From an uncultured Prevotellaceae bacterium (GTDB lineage Bacteria; Bacteroidota; Bacteroidia; Bacteroidales; Bacteroidaceae): 64,000 bases of DNA. The position numbers were made by a program, and so were the translations under genes. The stretch is taken from NCBI GenBank assembly GCA_902776935.1, contig CACYRS010000008.1:19253-83252 (forward strand). The letters run 5' to 3'. Of the stretch, positions 19,143 through 30,213 are shown in pieces. The notes under the pieces were generated by a model, which saw nothing but the letters and a program-made list of their open reading frames with translations, had not been told where the DNA came from and made no database searches. Within the stretch, counting starts at the first letter, position 1. Each line of letters begins with the position of its first letter.

Positions 19143-19175
19143 AAATCCCAACCTCCAACGAGGCTGGGATTTTTT
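19143..19175. terminator. bidirectional terminator ending the mmd operon and the leu/TPR operon
   Basis: AAATCCCAACCTC-CAAC-GAGGCTGGGATTT with flanking A/T runs. Confidence 0.8.
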
Positions 19176-19176
19176 C

Positions 19177-19848
19177 TTACTTACATTTATCAAGCCATTC
19201 TTTAAGTGCATACCGGGGAACACCTCTTTTGATGGCGGCATTAAGTTCCTTTCTCGCTTCATCCATACGATAGAGTCGTATGAGGATATCAGCCTTTGAG
19301 ACAACAAAACCTGATTTGAGCGGTTTCCTACGTATGGCCTCGTCCCAGTCATAGAGGGCGATATCATACTGCTTCATCTCTGTCTCATAGGCAGCCCTTG
19401 CAGCATAAGCATCGGCAGAGTCAGGGAACATCTGTATCAGACGGTTAAGCTCATCTGTCGTCTCTGTCTTGCGTCCCAGCTTCTGCAACACATGGGCTAG
19501 CCCCAATCGAGCCTCGAAATGCTCAGGCTCCAGTAAGAGAAACGACTCATAGTCTACACGAGCCAGATCATAGTGCTTCTGTTGCATATGCACATAGGCA
19601 CGGAAATAGAGGGCGGCAAGATTCTTCTCGTCAGCATGAAGTATCTTTCCGTATTCAGCAAGTGCATAGTCCCATTGCTCGAGATTGATGTTAGCCTCAG
19701 CCTTAAGAAGATGAAGGTTGAGGTTATTGGGGTCCTTGCCTATCTTTGCATTTAACATCTCAAGGGAATCCCGCCATTCCTGACGCGTCTGGGCTGAGAG
19801 CCCAGACACCAGGAGTAGCGATATGAAAAACAGTAGTTGTCTATGCAT
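19177..19848 (-). CDS. secreted tetratricopeptide-repeat protein
   Basis: Signal peptide plus several TPR-like helical repeats. Confidence 0.85.
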   Translation of the reverse strand: MHRQLLFFISLLLVSGLSAQTRQEWRDSLEMLNAKIGKDPNNLNLHLLKAEANINLEQWDYALAEYGKILHADEKNLAALYFRAYVHMQQKHYDLARVDYESFLLLEPEHFEARLGLAHVLQKLGRKTETTDELNRLIQMFPDSADAYAARAAYETEMKQYDIALYDWDEAIRRKPLKSGFVVSKADILIRLYRMDEARKELNAAIKRGVPRYALKEWLDKCK

Positions 19849-20902
19849 TCTTTATATAATTAACAATCCACTCTCCTACCTCACGTGTTCCATACTTTGC
19901 TCCGCCCTCTACCTGTATCTCAGGTGTTCTCACATTGGCATCAAGGGATGCATTTACAGCTTTACGGATAAGGGCACCTTCTTCCTTGAGTCCGAAGTGC
20001 TCAAGCAACATTGCTGCTGAGAGTATCTGAGCCAGAGGATTGGCAAGGTTCTGTCCTGCTGCCTGAGGCCATGAGCCATGAACGGGCTCAAAAAGTGGAG
20101 TATGTTCTCCGAGCGATGATGATGGCTGCAGACCCATTGAACCCGTAATACAACTTGTCTCGTCTGTCAGGATATCTCCAAAGGTGTTCTCTGTCACGAT
20201 AACATCGAAGAAACGTGGTTCAGTGAGTACTCGCATCGAGGCATTGTCGATAAACATATAGTCTGTGCGCACCTCAGGATACTGAGGTTCCATCTCTTTA
20301 GCTATCTGACGCCACAGACGTGATGAAGCAAGCACATTTGCCTTATCTACAACAGTGAGATGTTTATTCCTCTGCATAGCCATCTCGAAACCGAGTTTCA
20401 GAATTCGCTCAATCTCAGGACGGGTATAGATGTCTGTATCATAAGCCATATTGTCATCCTGGTGCTTCTCACCGAAATACATTCCTCCAGTGAGTTCACG
20501 AAGCACGATGAAATCGGCACCGCGGATGAGTTCATCCTTGAGTGGGGACTTATGGAGCAGACACTCGAATGTTGCCACAGGACGAACATTTGCAAAGAGT
20601 CCCAGTTTCTTACGCATGGCCAGAAGACCTGTCTCTGGACGGATCTTTGCCGTCGGGTCATTGTCGTACTTCAGGTCACCGACAGCTGCAAAGAGTACTG
20701 CGTCAGCACGCATACATACCTCATGGGTTGAGTCGGGATATGGGTCTCCCACTTCCTCAATGGCATGGGCACCACAGATGGCCTCTTCGTAAATAAACTC
20801 ATGACCACACTTCTCTGCTATCGCATCGAGCACAGACACACCTTGTTTCATAATCTCGGGACCGATACCATCGCCCGCGAGAATCGCTATATTCAGTTTC
20901 AT
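19841..20902 (-). CDS. leuB: 3-isopropylmalate dehydrogenase
   Basis: [33 protein letters not shown]. Confidence 0.97.
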   Translation of the reverse strand: MKLNIAILAGDGIGPEIMKQGVSVLDAIAEKCGHEFIYEEAICGAHAIEEVGDPYPDSTHEVCMRADAVLFAAVGDLKYDNDPTAKIRPETGLLAMRKKLGLFANVRPVATFECLLHKSPLKDELIRGADFIVLRELTGGMYFGEKHQDDNMAYDTDIYTRPEIERILKLGFEMAMQRNKHLTVVDKANVLASSRLWRQIAKEMEPQYPEVRTDYMFIDNASMRVLTEPRFFDVIVTENTFGDILTDETSCITGSMGLQPSSSLGEHTPLFEPVHGSWPQAAGQNLANPLAQILSAAMLLEHFGLKEEGALIRKAVNASLDANVRTPEIQVEGGAKYGTREVGEWIVNYIKNA

Positions 20903-23076
20903 AGTCTATCGTTTTGTTCGTTTTCTATTATATTAAGCATTTTAAAAGTTGCCTTGATAGCTGCTTCTGTCTGGTCGGCATCAAGACCACGGGTACGGAG
21001 CATCTTACCATTGTCATTCCATGTGATAACAGTCTGCACAAGTGCATCAGTACGACCACCGGGAGGAATAGTCACCGCATAGTTGGCAAGCAACGGGAAA
21101 GTGCGGTCAAGATACTTACGGTATATAAATCGCAGTGCCTTGACGAAAGCATCATACTGACCGTCACCTGTGGCACCTGCCTCATACTGCTGACCGTTTA
21201 TCTCAACCTTAATATTTGCACCTGGCTTAAGACCATAGGCGGTAGATACCACATAACTAACCAGTTTCACCTTATCCTCTGGGGCATCGTGCTTGAGCAC
21301 ATCACTCACGATAAATGGCAGATCTTCCTGGGTTACAATCTCTTTCTTGTCACCAAGCTCTGTGATTCGCTGGGTTACACGACGGGTCTGTTCTGGTGTC
21401 AACTCCAGACCCAACTCCTCGAGATTCTTCGCGATATTTGCCTTACCACTATTCTTACCCAAGGCGTATTCTCTTCGTCTTCCGAATCGCTCAGGCACAA
21501 GGTCGTTCTGATAGAGATTGTCTTTCTTGTCACCATCAGCATGGACACCAGCCACCTGGGTAAAGACATTGTCTCCGATGATAGGCTGATTAGGCGCAAC
21601 GGCTATACCACTATAGCTCTCTACAAGACGTGAGATGTCGTTGAGCTTATTCTCAATGATATTTGTCTTTGCGTGGAACTGATCCTTCAGAATCACCTGG
21701 ACACTTGAGAGAGGTGCATTACCACAACGTTCACCTAGTCCGTTGACTGTTACATGCAGCCCCTTGGCACCACTAAGCACAGCAGCCAATGAGTTAGAAA
21801 CTGCCAAATCGTAATCGTTATGGGCATGGAAGTCAAAATGTGTATCGGGATATCTCTTTATCATCTTCCTGAAGTATTCGATACACTGGAGGGGATTCAT
21901 AATTCCCAACGTGTCGGGCAACATAAAACGACGGATACCACAGTCGCACAGAGCATCCATCAACTGATAAACGTATGATGGCGACTCCTTCATTCCATTC
22001 GACCAGTCCTCGAGATACAGATTAACGGTAATACCCTTGCCTCGGGCGTATCTCACCTCTTTCCGTATATCTTCGATATGTTCCTCGGGGGTCTTATGAA
22101 GCTGTTGGGTACAGTGTTTCAACGATCCCTTTGCCAACAGATTCAGCGTCTTACAACCGCAACTATCAATCCAGTCGGTACTCTTTCCGTCATCCACAAA
22201 TCCAAGAACCTCCACCCTTCCGAGCTTCTCGATCTTCTCTGCATAACGACAGATCATCTGCACTGCCTCTTTGTCACCATCTGACACACGGGCTGAAGCT
22301 ACCTCAATACGATCCACATTCAAATCATGAAGCAACATACGGGCCATCATCAGCTTCTCGTGTGGAAGAAAAGAAACGCCGCTGGTCTGTTCGCCGTCAC
22401 GAAGGGTGGAGTCCAAAATCTCTACAAACGGTTCTTTTCGCTTGAACCTGTAACCGATCTCATCGACAGAATCATTTGTGATAATGTTCTGCTTCTCCCA
22501 CTCTAATGTCTTATCATGATTATGAACCAGGAAATCAATGTCATCCAAACCATTGATAAGACAATGTTTCTTATAGGCATTGATCTCGAATGTCTCACTA
22601 TGACCTGTAGAGAGGTTAGTGACAGTCTGATTGGGGAGATCGACTTTCACCTGTGTCTGAGGATTATCCTTAATACTCTGGAAGAGTTCGCTAAGGAACT
22701 GCTCACTTACCTGTACTGGCAGAACGAAATTATTCAGTTCGTTGTTCTTGTGGATATCGGCAAAGAAACTGCTGATGACCACCCTGAAACCATAACCTGC
22801 GATAGCCCAGGCAGCATGTTCTCTGGAAGAACCGGAACCGAAGTTCTTTCCTACCACAAGGATACATCCGGAATATTCTGGATTATTCAATACAAAATCC
22901 TTATTTGGTGTACCGTCAGCATTATATCTCCAGTCTCTGAAGAGATTATCTCCGAAGAAACTCTCCTCCCTCGTCGTAGCCTTCAGAAACCTTGCAGGGA
23001 TAATCTGGTCGGTATCCACATTCTCCAACTGCAACGGCACGCAAGTCGATGTAATAACATTAAACTTCTGTTTCAT
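20899..23076 (-). CDS. fused 3-isopropylmalate dehydratase small subunit (LeuD) and citramalate synthase (CimA)
   Basis: aa 1-~197: [24 protein letters not shown] (LeuD). aa ~215-725: [24 protein letters not shown] and a regulatory domain (CimA-type). Confidence 0.92.
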   Translation of the reverse strand: MKQKFNVITSTCVPLQLENVDTDQIIPARFLKATTREESFFGDNLFRDWRYNADGTPNKDFVLNNPEYSGCILVVGKNFGSGSSREHAAWAIAGYGFRVVISSFFADIHKNNELNNFVLPVQVSEQFLSELFQSIKDNPQTQVKVDLPNQTVTNLSTGHSETFEINAYKKHCLINGLDDIDFLVHNHDKTLEWEKQNIITNDSVDEIGYRFKRKEPFVEILDSTLRDGEQTSGVSFLPHEKLMMARMLLHDLNVDRIEVASARVSDGDKEAVQMICRYAEKIEKLGRVEVLGFVDDGKSTDWIDSCGCKTLNLLAKGSLKHCTQQLHKTPEEHIEDIRKEVRYARGKGITVNLYLEDWSNGMKESPSYVYQLMDALCDCGIRRFMLPDTLGIMNPLQCIEYFRKMIKRYPDTHFDFHAHNDYDLAVSNSLAAVLSGAKGLHVTVNGLGERCGNAPLSSVQVILKDQFHAKTNIIENKLNDISRLVESYSGIAVAPNQPIIGDNVFTQVAGVHADGDKKDNLYQNDLVPERFGRRREYALGKNSGKANIAKNLEELGLELTPEQTRRVTQRITELGDKKEIVTQEDLPFIVSDVLKHDAPEDKVKLVSYVVSTAYGLKPGANIKVEINGQQYEAGATGDGQYDAFVKALRFIYRKYLDRTFPLLANYAVTIPPGGRTDALVQTVITWNDNGKMLRTRGLDADQTEAAIKATFKMLNIIENEQNDRL

Positions 23077-24449
23077 AATAACTCTCTTGGATCTGTGATT
23101 TCTCCTGTTATTGCTGCGGCAGCAGCTGTCAAAGGCGAAGCAAGGACTGTTCTTGCTCCAGGTCCTTGTCTTCCCTCGAAATTCCTGTTAGAAGTAGATA
23201 CACACAGTTTACCTGCTGGTACCTTGTCGTCATTCATAGCCAAACAAGCAGAACAGCCAGGCTGACGAATCTCAAAACCAGCCTCATTAAGGATCTTATC
23301 TAGTCCTTCCTCACGTATCTGGCGATCTACATCCCACGAACCAGGAACGAGCCACGCTACAACATCATCAGCCTTCTTATGTCCTTCCACTATAGAAGCA
23401 AAGGCTCTGAAGTCTTCTATGCGTCCATTGGTACAGGCACCAAGGAAAACATAATCGACCTTCTTCCCTATAAGCTTCTCTCCTGCCGAGAATCCCATAT
23501 ACCTCAGTGACTTCTCGAAATTAGCATCTCCAGAAGAAGGGATATTCTCACTTATGCCTATACCCATGCCCGGATTTGTGCCGTAAGTGATGCGTGGCTC
23601 TATATCGGTAGCATCAAAAGACAGTTCCTTATCAAACACTGCATCATCGCCACTCTTCAAGGTCTTCCAGTATTCCAGAGCCTTTTCCCATTGACAACCC
23701 TTGGGAGCATACTCCCTGCCTCTGATATAATCAAAGGTAGTCTCGTCGGGAGCAATAAAACCTCCTCTGGCACCCATCTCTATCGAGAGATTACAAAGTG
23801 TCAGGCGACCTTCCATTGACAGGTTCTTAACCACCTCTCCTGTATATTCAACAAAATAACCTGTTGCTCCGGAAGTGGTTATCTGCGACATGAGATAAAG
23901 TGCCACATCCTTTGCAGTGACTCCTTCACCTAATTTCCCGTTTATACTGATACGCATCGACTTGGGCTTCTGCTGAAGAATACACTGCGAAGCAAGCACC
24001 ATCTCCACTTCTGAAGTGCCAATACCAAAAGCTATAGCCCCCATAGCACCATGTGTAGAGGTGTGGGAATCACCACAAACGATTGTCATTCCTGGAAGCG
24101 ACAGACCTTTTTCAGGTCCTACCACATGGATAATACCATTATCCTTCGACATCATACCGAAGTGTGCCAGTCCGAAGTCTACTGCATTCCTCTCAAGTGC
24201 ATCTACCTGTTTCTTTGAAACCGGATCGGCTATGGGCTTATCCTGATCATGAGTAGGGGTATTATGATCTGGCATACAGAAAATCTGTTGAGGACGGAAA
24301 CACTTAAGTCCCCTCGCCCTCATACCATCAAAAGCCTGAGGAGATGTCACCTCATGACAGTACAGGCGGTCGATATACAACTGAGTAGGTCCACCCTCTA
24401 TCTGCTGTACCACATGCTTGTCCCATATCTTATCAAAAAGCGTATTCAT
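23073..24449 (-). CDS. leuC: 3-isopropylmalate dehydratase large subunit
   Basis: [47 protein letters not shown]. Confidence 0.97.
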   Translation of the reverse strand: MNTLFDKIWDKHVVQQIEGGPTQLYIDRLYCHEVTSPQAFDGMRARGLKCFRPQQIFCMPDHNTPTHDQDKPIADPVSKKQVDALERNAVDFGLAHFGMMSKDNGIIHVVGPEKGLSLPGMTIVCGDSHTSTHGAMGAIAFGIGTSEVEMVLASQCILQQKPKSMRISINGKLGEGVTAKDVALYLMSQITTSGATGYFVEYTGEVVKNLSMEGRLTLCNLSIEMGARGGFIAPDETTFDYIRGREYAPKGCQWEKALEYWKTLKSGDDAVFDKELSFDATDIEPRITYGTNPGMGIGISENIPSSGDANFEKSLRYMGFSAGEKLIGKKVDYVFLGACTNGRIEDFRAFASIVEGHKKADDVVAWLVPGSWDVDRQIREEGLDKILNEAGFEIRQPGCSACLAMNDDKVPAGKLCVSTSNRNFEGRQGPGARTVLASPLTAAAAAITGEITDPRELL

Positions 24450-24451
24450 AT

Positions 24452-25954
24452 CTATTCACCATTCTTAAACTTATTGATACAGTCGATATAAGCCTCAACA
24501 GAAGCTGTAACGATATCAGTGTCAGCTCCGAATCCATAGTAGAGACTACCATCATATTCTACTTGCATGTGTACCTTTCCGACATCGTCAGATCCCTTCG
24601 ATATGGCCTGAATAGTAAACTCCTTTAGAGTCATCTGTTTCATTATAATCTTTTTAAGGGCCTTGATAGCGGCATCAACAGGACCATTACCAGAAGCAGC
24701 TGCCTCAAACTTCTGTCCGGAGATATCAAGACCGATACTGGCCACACTCCTGACGCCCTTGCCTGTTGTCACTTGTAAAAAGTCGAGTCTTACAGAATGT
24801 GACTCTGCTGTATCAGCACCGGCTAACATCAGCACATCAGCATCACCGACTTCTTTCTTCTGATCTGCCAGTATCAGGAATTTCTCATATATCTTATCGA
24901 GCTTATTCTCGTCAAGGTCTACACCATTGATATGCAGACGATGCTTCAAGGCTGCACGACCAGAACGGGCAGTCAACAGTATGCTGTTGTCATCGATGCC
25001 AACATCCTTGGGATCCATAATTTCATAGGTATGCACATTCTTCAACACGCCATCCTGATGAATGCCTGAGGAATGGGCAAAGGCATTACGACCCACAACG
25101 GCTTTGTTTGGCTGTACCGGCATATTCATTAATGAAGACACCATCCTCGAAGTGGGATAGATCTTCGTTGTGTTGATATTCGTATCTATACCGAGACTCT
25201 TATGGCACTTAAGGATCATAGCGATCTCCTCCAGCGATGTATTTCCTGCTCTTTCTCCAATACCATTGATTGTCACCTCAACCTGGCGGGCACCAGCCAT
25301 CACTCCACTGAATGTATTGGCTGTCGCCATACCCAGATCATTATGACAATGGGTAGAGATAATCGCCCGATCGATGTTATCCACATGTTCCTTTAGATAT
25401 TTGATTTTATCAAAATACTCCTGAGGAAGGCAATAGCCCGTAGTGTCGGGGATGTTAACTACTGTTGCACCAGCCTTTATAACAGCCTCAACCACCTGTG
25501 CCAGATATTCATTGTCGGTACGTCCTGCATCCTCACAGTAGAATTCCACATCGTCTACAAAACGCTTGGCATACTTCGTAGCGGCGACAGCACGTTCAAG
25601 GATTTCCTCACGAGTGGAGTTGAATTTATACATTATATGCTCATCACTTGTACCGATACCAGTATGTATACGCTTGTGCTTGGCATACTTCAGGGCATCA
25701 AAGGCTACGTCTATGTCACGCTCCACAGCTCGTGTCAATGCGCAAATAGTTGGCCATGTGACCGCCTTTGATATCTCAATTACGGAATTAAAATCACCAG
25801 GACTCGAAATAGGGAATCCAGCCTCGATTACATCGACACCTAACTGTTCTAAAGCCTTTGCTACCTGAATCTTCTCAATAGTATTCAGTTGGCACCCTGG
25901 TACCTGCTCTCCATCTCGGAGTGTTGTGTCAAAAATAAACAATCTGTCACTCAT
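24452..25954 (-). CDS. leuA: 2-isopropylmalate synthase
   Basis: [38 protein letters not shown]. Confidence 0.96.
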   Translation of the reverse strand: MSDRLFIFDTTLRDGEQVPGCQLNTIEKIQVAKALEQLGVDVIEAGFPISSPGDFNSVIEISKAVTWPTICALTRAVERDIDVAFDALKYAKHKRIHTGIGTSDEHIMYKFNSTREEILERAVAATKYAKRFVDDVEFYCEDAGRTDNEYLAQVVEAVIKAGATVVNIPDTTGYCLPQEYFDKIKYLKEHVDNIDRAIISTHCHNDLGMATANTFSGVMAGARQVEVTINGIGERAGNTSLEEIAMILKCHKSLGIDTNINTTKIYPTSRMVSSLMNMPVQPNKAVVGRNAFAHSSGIHQDGVLKNVHTYEIMDPKDVGIDDNSILLTARSGRAALKHRLHINGVDLDENKLDKIYEKFLILADQKKEVGDADVLMLAGADTAESHSVRLDFLQVTTGKGVRSVASIGLDISGQKFEAAASGNGPVDAAIKALKKIIMKQMTLKEFTIQAISKGSDDVGKVHMQVEYDGSLYYGFGADTDIVTASVEAYIDCINKFKNGE

Positions 25955-25997
25955 AATCTTTATTTAGCTTAATGTGTAAAATCTGCACCTGATGACT

Positions 25998-26036
25998 GAA
26001 ATAAAAAGCCTTTCACACTCGGAAGTGAGAAAGGCT
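25998..26036 (-). terminator. attenuator terminator of the leu operon
   Basis: mRNA AGCCUUUC-UCACUUCCGAGUGU-GAAAGGCU-UUUUAUUU, about 45 nt upstream of leuA. Confidence 0.85.
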
Positions 26037-26062
26037 CTATATCATTCTGTAACTTATACCTA

Positions 26063-26146
26063 CTATATATATATACCTAAATCACTTCCGGCTGCACCTT
26101 GCAGTCGAATAATAATAAGGTTGCTAAGTAGGTTGAGACTCATCAT
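26063..26146 (-). CDS. leu operon leader peptide (Leu/Ile-rich, 27 aa)
   Basis: MMSLNLLSNLIIIRLQGAAGSDLGIYI*, lying between the promoter and the terminator. Confidence 0.8.
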   Translation of the reverse strand: MMSLNLLSNLIIIRLQGAAGSDLGIYI

Positions 26147-26176
26147 CTTTTTTCTTTATTTGTTTAAATTCGGGTG

Positions 26177-26184
26177 CAAAGTTA
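26177..26184 (-). promoter_or_regulatory. -7 promoter box for the leu leader and operon
   Basis: TAACTTTG followed by CACCCG. Confidence 0.7.
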
Positions 26185-26253
26185 TAACTTTCTTCTGTAA
26201 TAAACAAACATTTTGTTATTTTTTTGATTAAAAAAGTTACAAACACACACATT

Positions 26254-27057
26254 TTATACTAATTCATATACTTCACTAGGTACTTTTCGCTTCAATACTT
26301 CCAGTTGGATATCTTTCCCTGGAATAATTCCATAGGATCGCAAAGTTGCTTCGACTGTCTTACGAGCCAACTCTGGATGATTATTCTCTTCACTCAGATG
26401 ACAGAGCCATACATGTTTAAGTTTCTCTGTCATATTCTCTGCAAGGATCTTTCCACAGTCAGTATTCGACAGATGACCATTAGGACTGAGGATACGTGAC
26501 TTAAGGAACTGAGGATATGGACCACTCTGCAACATCTCTACATCATGATTAGCCTCAAATACAAGATAATTGGCATTTGCAATATGCTGCTTCATCTCCT
26601 CCGTTACACTTCCTACATCAGTGATGATGACAAAAATAACACCTTCAGCCTCTATCTCATAACCCACATTCTCACTTGCATCATGTGGCACAAAGAATGG
26701 CGTTATTCTAAAATCACCAAGAATAATTGTCTCACTAGGAACAAGCATCTTACGATGTAAAGAAGTAAGTTTACGCTGTACACAATAGTTCATGTCTATT
26801 CCATCGTGAACCTTTTCTGTTGCATAGACAGGAACGTTATAGTCGTGACTAAATGCTCCCACAGACTTTATATGGTCTGCGTGATCATGCGTGACAAGGA
26901 TCTTCCTGACTGATGAAAGACTGATTCCGTAATCCCTCGCATGTTTCTTCAGTGTCCTTAACCCGACTCCTATATCTATAAGTAGTCCGTCAGTCGCAGT
27001 ACCGAGATAATAGCAATTACCGCTGCTACCGCTTCCAAACGATATAAATTTCAGCAT
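26254..27057 (-). CDS. MBL-fold metallo-hydrolase (YycJ/WalJ-like)
   Basis: SGSSGN, THDHADH, EANHD..ML, GHLSN, HLSEENN; start set at MLKFISFG. Confidence 0.9.
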   Translation of the reverse strand: MLKFISFGSGSSGNCYYLGTATDGLLIDIGVGLRTLKKHARDYGISLSSVRKILVTHDHADHIKSVGAFSHDYNVPVYATEKVHDGIDMNYCVQRKLTSLHRKMLVPSETIILGDFRITPFFVPHDASENVGYEIEAEGVIFVIITDVGSVTEEMKQHIANANYLVFEANHDVEMLQSGPYPQFLKSRILSPNGHLSNTDCGKILAENMTEKLKHVWLCHLSEENNHPELARKTVEATLRSYGIIPGKDIQLEVLKRKVPSEVYELV

Positions 27058-27175
27058 TTGAGTTTTTATTTTGTGCAAAATTACGCAAAAAAGATATTAA
27101 CACCAAAGATTTTTCATTTCTTCAGCTAATATTTTTAATATTTTAAAAGTAGTACTGATTTTTTTATTACCATCA

Positions 27176-29392
27176 TCAGAAAGGAAGCCCCACAGCAAAG
27201 TGAAAAGCAAAATCTCTACTTAATCTGGGATGAATTAAAGGAAAATGATTTTCATCTTCAGTCTTATAAGCAGGATTCACGGCCTTCATACCCATATCAA
27301 ACCTGATAATGAAATAGTCAAAGTTCAGTCTCAGTCCAATACCATAACTAACTGCTAAATCCTTAAAAATATTACTAAATTGGAATTGACCATCGGGTTG
27401 TGAAGGATAATCTCGTAAGGTCCAAATATTTCCAGCATCAACGAACAGGGCTCCTCCAAACTTCCAAAAAAAGTGAGTACGATATTCCAGATTCAGGTCG
27501 AGCTTTATATCTCCGGTCTGAGTGATGAAGTTTATATTCCCGTCTTTATCCTTGTATCTTCCTGGTCCCAAACTACGAACACTCCATCCTCTGACGCTGT
27601 TTGCTCCTCCTGAGAAATAACGTTTCTCGAATGGAAGAATTGTACTATTACCATATGGATAAGCGATTCCCAGACCCACATGAAATACCAGTTGATTACG
27701 AAAGCTAGATACCAAATGGTGCGTAAAGTCTATATCACCCTTTATATATTGTGCATAAGCTATATTAAACACCTTGTACTGATCCAGATCGTTCTTATTA
27801 CCGCCGAATATGGCACTACCCAGACTGAGCAGATTTCCTGCCGTCTCGATATTTGTCTTAATGGCAGTCTTACCATTATTATAACTGAATCCAAAGCCTG
27901 TTTTCATAATAAACATGTCTTCGTAGTTATATCTCAGAATAGCATTATAGTTCGATGTGTTATCAAGGTATTCTTTTTTGAATGTTTCGCTAATCCAAGG
28001 CATAAACACATAGTTCAGATTGAGCAAATCAAACTGAAACTGATTATAACTCTTCTGAGGACTCCACTTATATCTCCATCCGGCAGAGAGTACTCTGCGA
28101 TGAAACTCAGGACGGTTCTGTGTATCGTATGTCAACGACACCTCGCTGGTGGCAATCGTACGTCTGCGTATCTCACTATTCAAAAATGGCATTATAAATC
28201 TCGGGAAACTCAAACGACTCTCAATACTATATTCAATATAATCCTGATTGCTGTATCCTTCAAGTCCTCTTATAGCCTCATATGCTCCACGTAACTGTAC
28301 ACTGAAACTCTCGGAGCCTCTAAAAAGATTCCTGTTCTCGTAAGTAAGAGATGCTGCAGCACCAAGGTCTCCAGCAGTATTTGTTCCTTCTGGTTGAAAA
28401 CTAAGTGTAGATGGTTTATTTGTCTGCATTTGAATATGTGCATCAAGTTGAGCTGAATCGGGATCCTGCTCAAAACTGATGTTGGTATATTTCACAGCCC
28501 CTAAACGTCCGAAATGATTATATGTATTCTGAAGATCCGCAGCACTATAGGGATGACCTTCTTCAATGAAGGTATTCTCTTTCAACACATGTTTTCTAAG
28601 ATGTATTACAGAGTCATTGGGATCTCCACTAGAAAAGTCGATGCTTCTGACAGTGTATATTGTATGCAGAGTATCAAGAATATCAGAAGTACGATATGGA
28701 CGCAGTATTAAAGTTACATCTGCTTTATGTGTTGACTGAATTGTATCTACCATGAAGTTTATAAACTCCTTATGGAACTTAAAATATCCGTTATTCTGTA
28801 ACTTCTCAGTTATTCTCAATCGTTCGTCATTAAGAGCATCTACATTCAACTTTTCACCATCCTTCAACTGATGAACATCATTTTCCAACAGACGAGCTAT
28901 CAATGAATCCTGGATATCATAACTCACACGTCTGACAAAATATTGGATGCCAGGATGAAGCACATAGACAGCATTCAGTTTCTTACCTTTACATTCAGTA
29001 TATAATTCCACCTGAGAATCGAGATATCCCAGGTTTTGGAGTGCTCTCTGCAGATTTTCACACGACAGATGTGCCTGGATAGTATCGTATATCACAGGAG
29101 CCTCACCTATGCTGCGAAGAGTTCTGTTGATCCATTTACTACTGTCTTTTCCAGCCATCGCATATACCCCCAACGGGATTTTCAGGGAAGAAAACCAACG
29201 GGAGTTACCTTTTTGCCTGACATAGTTTTTAAGTTGTGCCGGATTAACGTCACGATACCTTCCATCAGCAAGAACAGTTACCTTGTTAAGCATCAGCTGT
29301 CCTTCAGGCAAATCACGCGAGGCTGAGCACGAACCTAATAAAAGCCCGGCAATAATTGTCATCAAAACAGGTAAAAATCTGCTCTTTGTCAT
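27176..29392 (-). CDS. Omp85-family lipoprotein (TamL/BamA-TamA-like)
   Basis: Lipobox LLGSC, POTRA-like region, GGANSVRGW motif, C-terminal FHFAVGLPF. Confidence 0.9.
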   Translation of the reverse strand: MTKSRFLPVLMTIIAGLLLGSCSASRDLPEGQLMLNKVTVLADGRYRDVNPAQLKNYVRQKGNSRWFSSLKIPLGVYAMAGKDSSKWINRTLRSIGEAPVIYDTIQAHLSCENLQRALQNLGYLDSQVELYTECKGKKLNAVYVLHPGIQYFVRRVSYDIQDSLIARLLENDVHQLKDGEKLNVDALNDERLRITEKLQNNGYFKFHKEFINFMVDTIQSTHKADVTLILRPYRTSDILDTLHTIYTVRSIDFSSGDPNDSVIHLRKHVLKENTFIEEGHPYSAADLQNTYNHFGRLGAVKYTNISFEQDPDSAQLDAHIQMQTNKPSTLSFQPEGTNTAGDLGAAASLTYENRNLFRGSESFSVQLRGAYEAIRGLEGYSNQDYIEYSIESRLSFPRFIMPFLNSEIRRRTIATSEVSLTYDTQNRPEFHRRVLSAGWRYKWSPQKSYNQFQFDLLNLNYVFMPWISETFKKEYLDNTSNYNAILRYNYEDMFIMKTGFGFSYNNGKTAIKTNIETAGNLLSLGSAIFGGNKNDLDQYKVFNIAYAQYIKGDIDFTHHLVSSFRNQLVFHVGLGIAYPYGNSTILPFEKRYFSGGANSVRGWSVRSLGPGRYKDKDGNINFITQTGDIKLDLNLEYRTHFFWKFGGALFVDAGNIWTLRDYPSQPDGQFQFSNIFKDLAVSYGIGLRLNFDYFIIRFDMGMKAVNPAYKTEDENHFPLIHPRLSRDFAFHFAVGLPF

Positions 29393-29414
29393 CAATTATC
29401 TCGTAAATTAGTTG

Positions 29415-29442
29415 CAAAGATAAAGATTTATTTCTATCTTTG
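29415..29442. promoter_or_regulatory. back-to-back divergent -7 promoter boxes (tamL-like gene / RNA methyltransferase)
   Basis: TATCTTTG on the minus strand (29415-29422) and on the plus strand (29435-29442). Confidence 0.65.
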
Positions 29443-29460
29443 CAAACAAAAAGAGAAAAA

Positions 29461-30210
29461 ATGATTAGCAAGAACCAGATAAAGTTCATACGACAGCTTG
29501 AAATGAAGAAATATCGCAGTCGTGAGGGTCTCTTCGTTGCTGAAGGTCCGAAGGTTGTAGGCGATCTCGTTCGCAGATATGATGCAAAGGCAATATATGC
29601 CACCGACGGATGGAACCCTCCGGCTGATGTGTCCCAATCTTTGGTAGAGAGAATAACGGATGACGAACTCCATCGTATCAGTTTCCTTCAGCACCCTCAA
29701 CATGTGTTGGCACTTTTCCCCATACCGGAGTCTGATTCGTCATCATCCTTATCTCATCTTACTTCTTCGCTATCCCTTGTTCTCGACGGTATTCAGGATC
29801 CGGGTAACCTCGGAACCATAATACGTATAGCCGACTGGTTTGGCATCGATACCATCTATTGCTCTGAAGATACTGCTGATGCATATAACCCCAAGGTAGT
29901 ACAGGCCACGATGGGTAGTCTCGCGCGTGTGAACATTATTTATCTTTCATTAGATGCGCTCTTCGACAGTCTGCCGGATGACTTCCCCATATATGGCACA
30001 CTTCTCGACGGTGATAACATCTATCAACAGCCACTATCACAGAATGGCATAATAGTAATGGGTAATGAGGGGAATGGCATCTCACATGAGATACGCACAA
30101 AGGTTAACCGCAGGTTGCTTATTCCTCGTTTCCGTACTGGTGATTCGGCAGAGAGTCTTAACGTAGCTATAGCAACGGCCATAACCTGTTCTGAGTTCCG
30201 CCGCAGATAG
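29461..30210 (+). CDS. TrmH/SpoU-family RNA methyltransferase
   Basis: LDGIQDPGNLGTIIR, MGNEGNGI, ESLNVA. Confidence 0.93.
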   Translation: MISKNQIKFIRQLEMKKYRSREGLFVAEGPKVVGDLVRRYDAKAIYATDGWNPPADVSQSLVERITDDELHRISFLQHPQHVLALFPIPESDSSSSLSHLTSSLSLVLDGIQDPGNLGTIIRIADWFGIDTIYCSEDTADAYNPKVVQATMGSLARVNIIYLSLDALFDSLPDDFPIYGTLLDGDNIYQQPLSQNGIIVMGNEGNGISHEIRTKVNRRLLIPRFRTGDSAESLNVAIATAITCSEFRRR

Positions 30211-30213
30211 ATT

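Noticed and set aside
20914-23265. Long antisense ORFs (e.g. 20914-21633, 22516-23265; also 5222-5878, 27680-28294, 63288-63899)
   Set aside because: They shadow well-supported genes on the opposite strand and show no recognisable motifs.
29412-29445. 11 bp inverted repeat TTGCAAAGATA / TATCTTTGCAA
   Set aside because: Explained by two back-to-back TATCTTTGCA promoter boxes for divergent genes.
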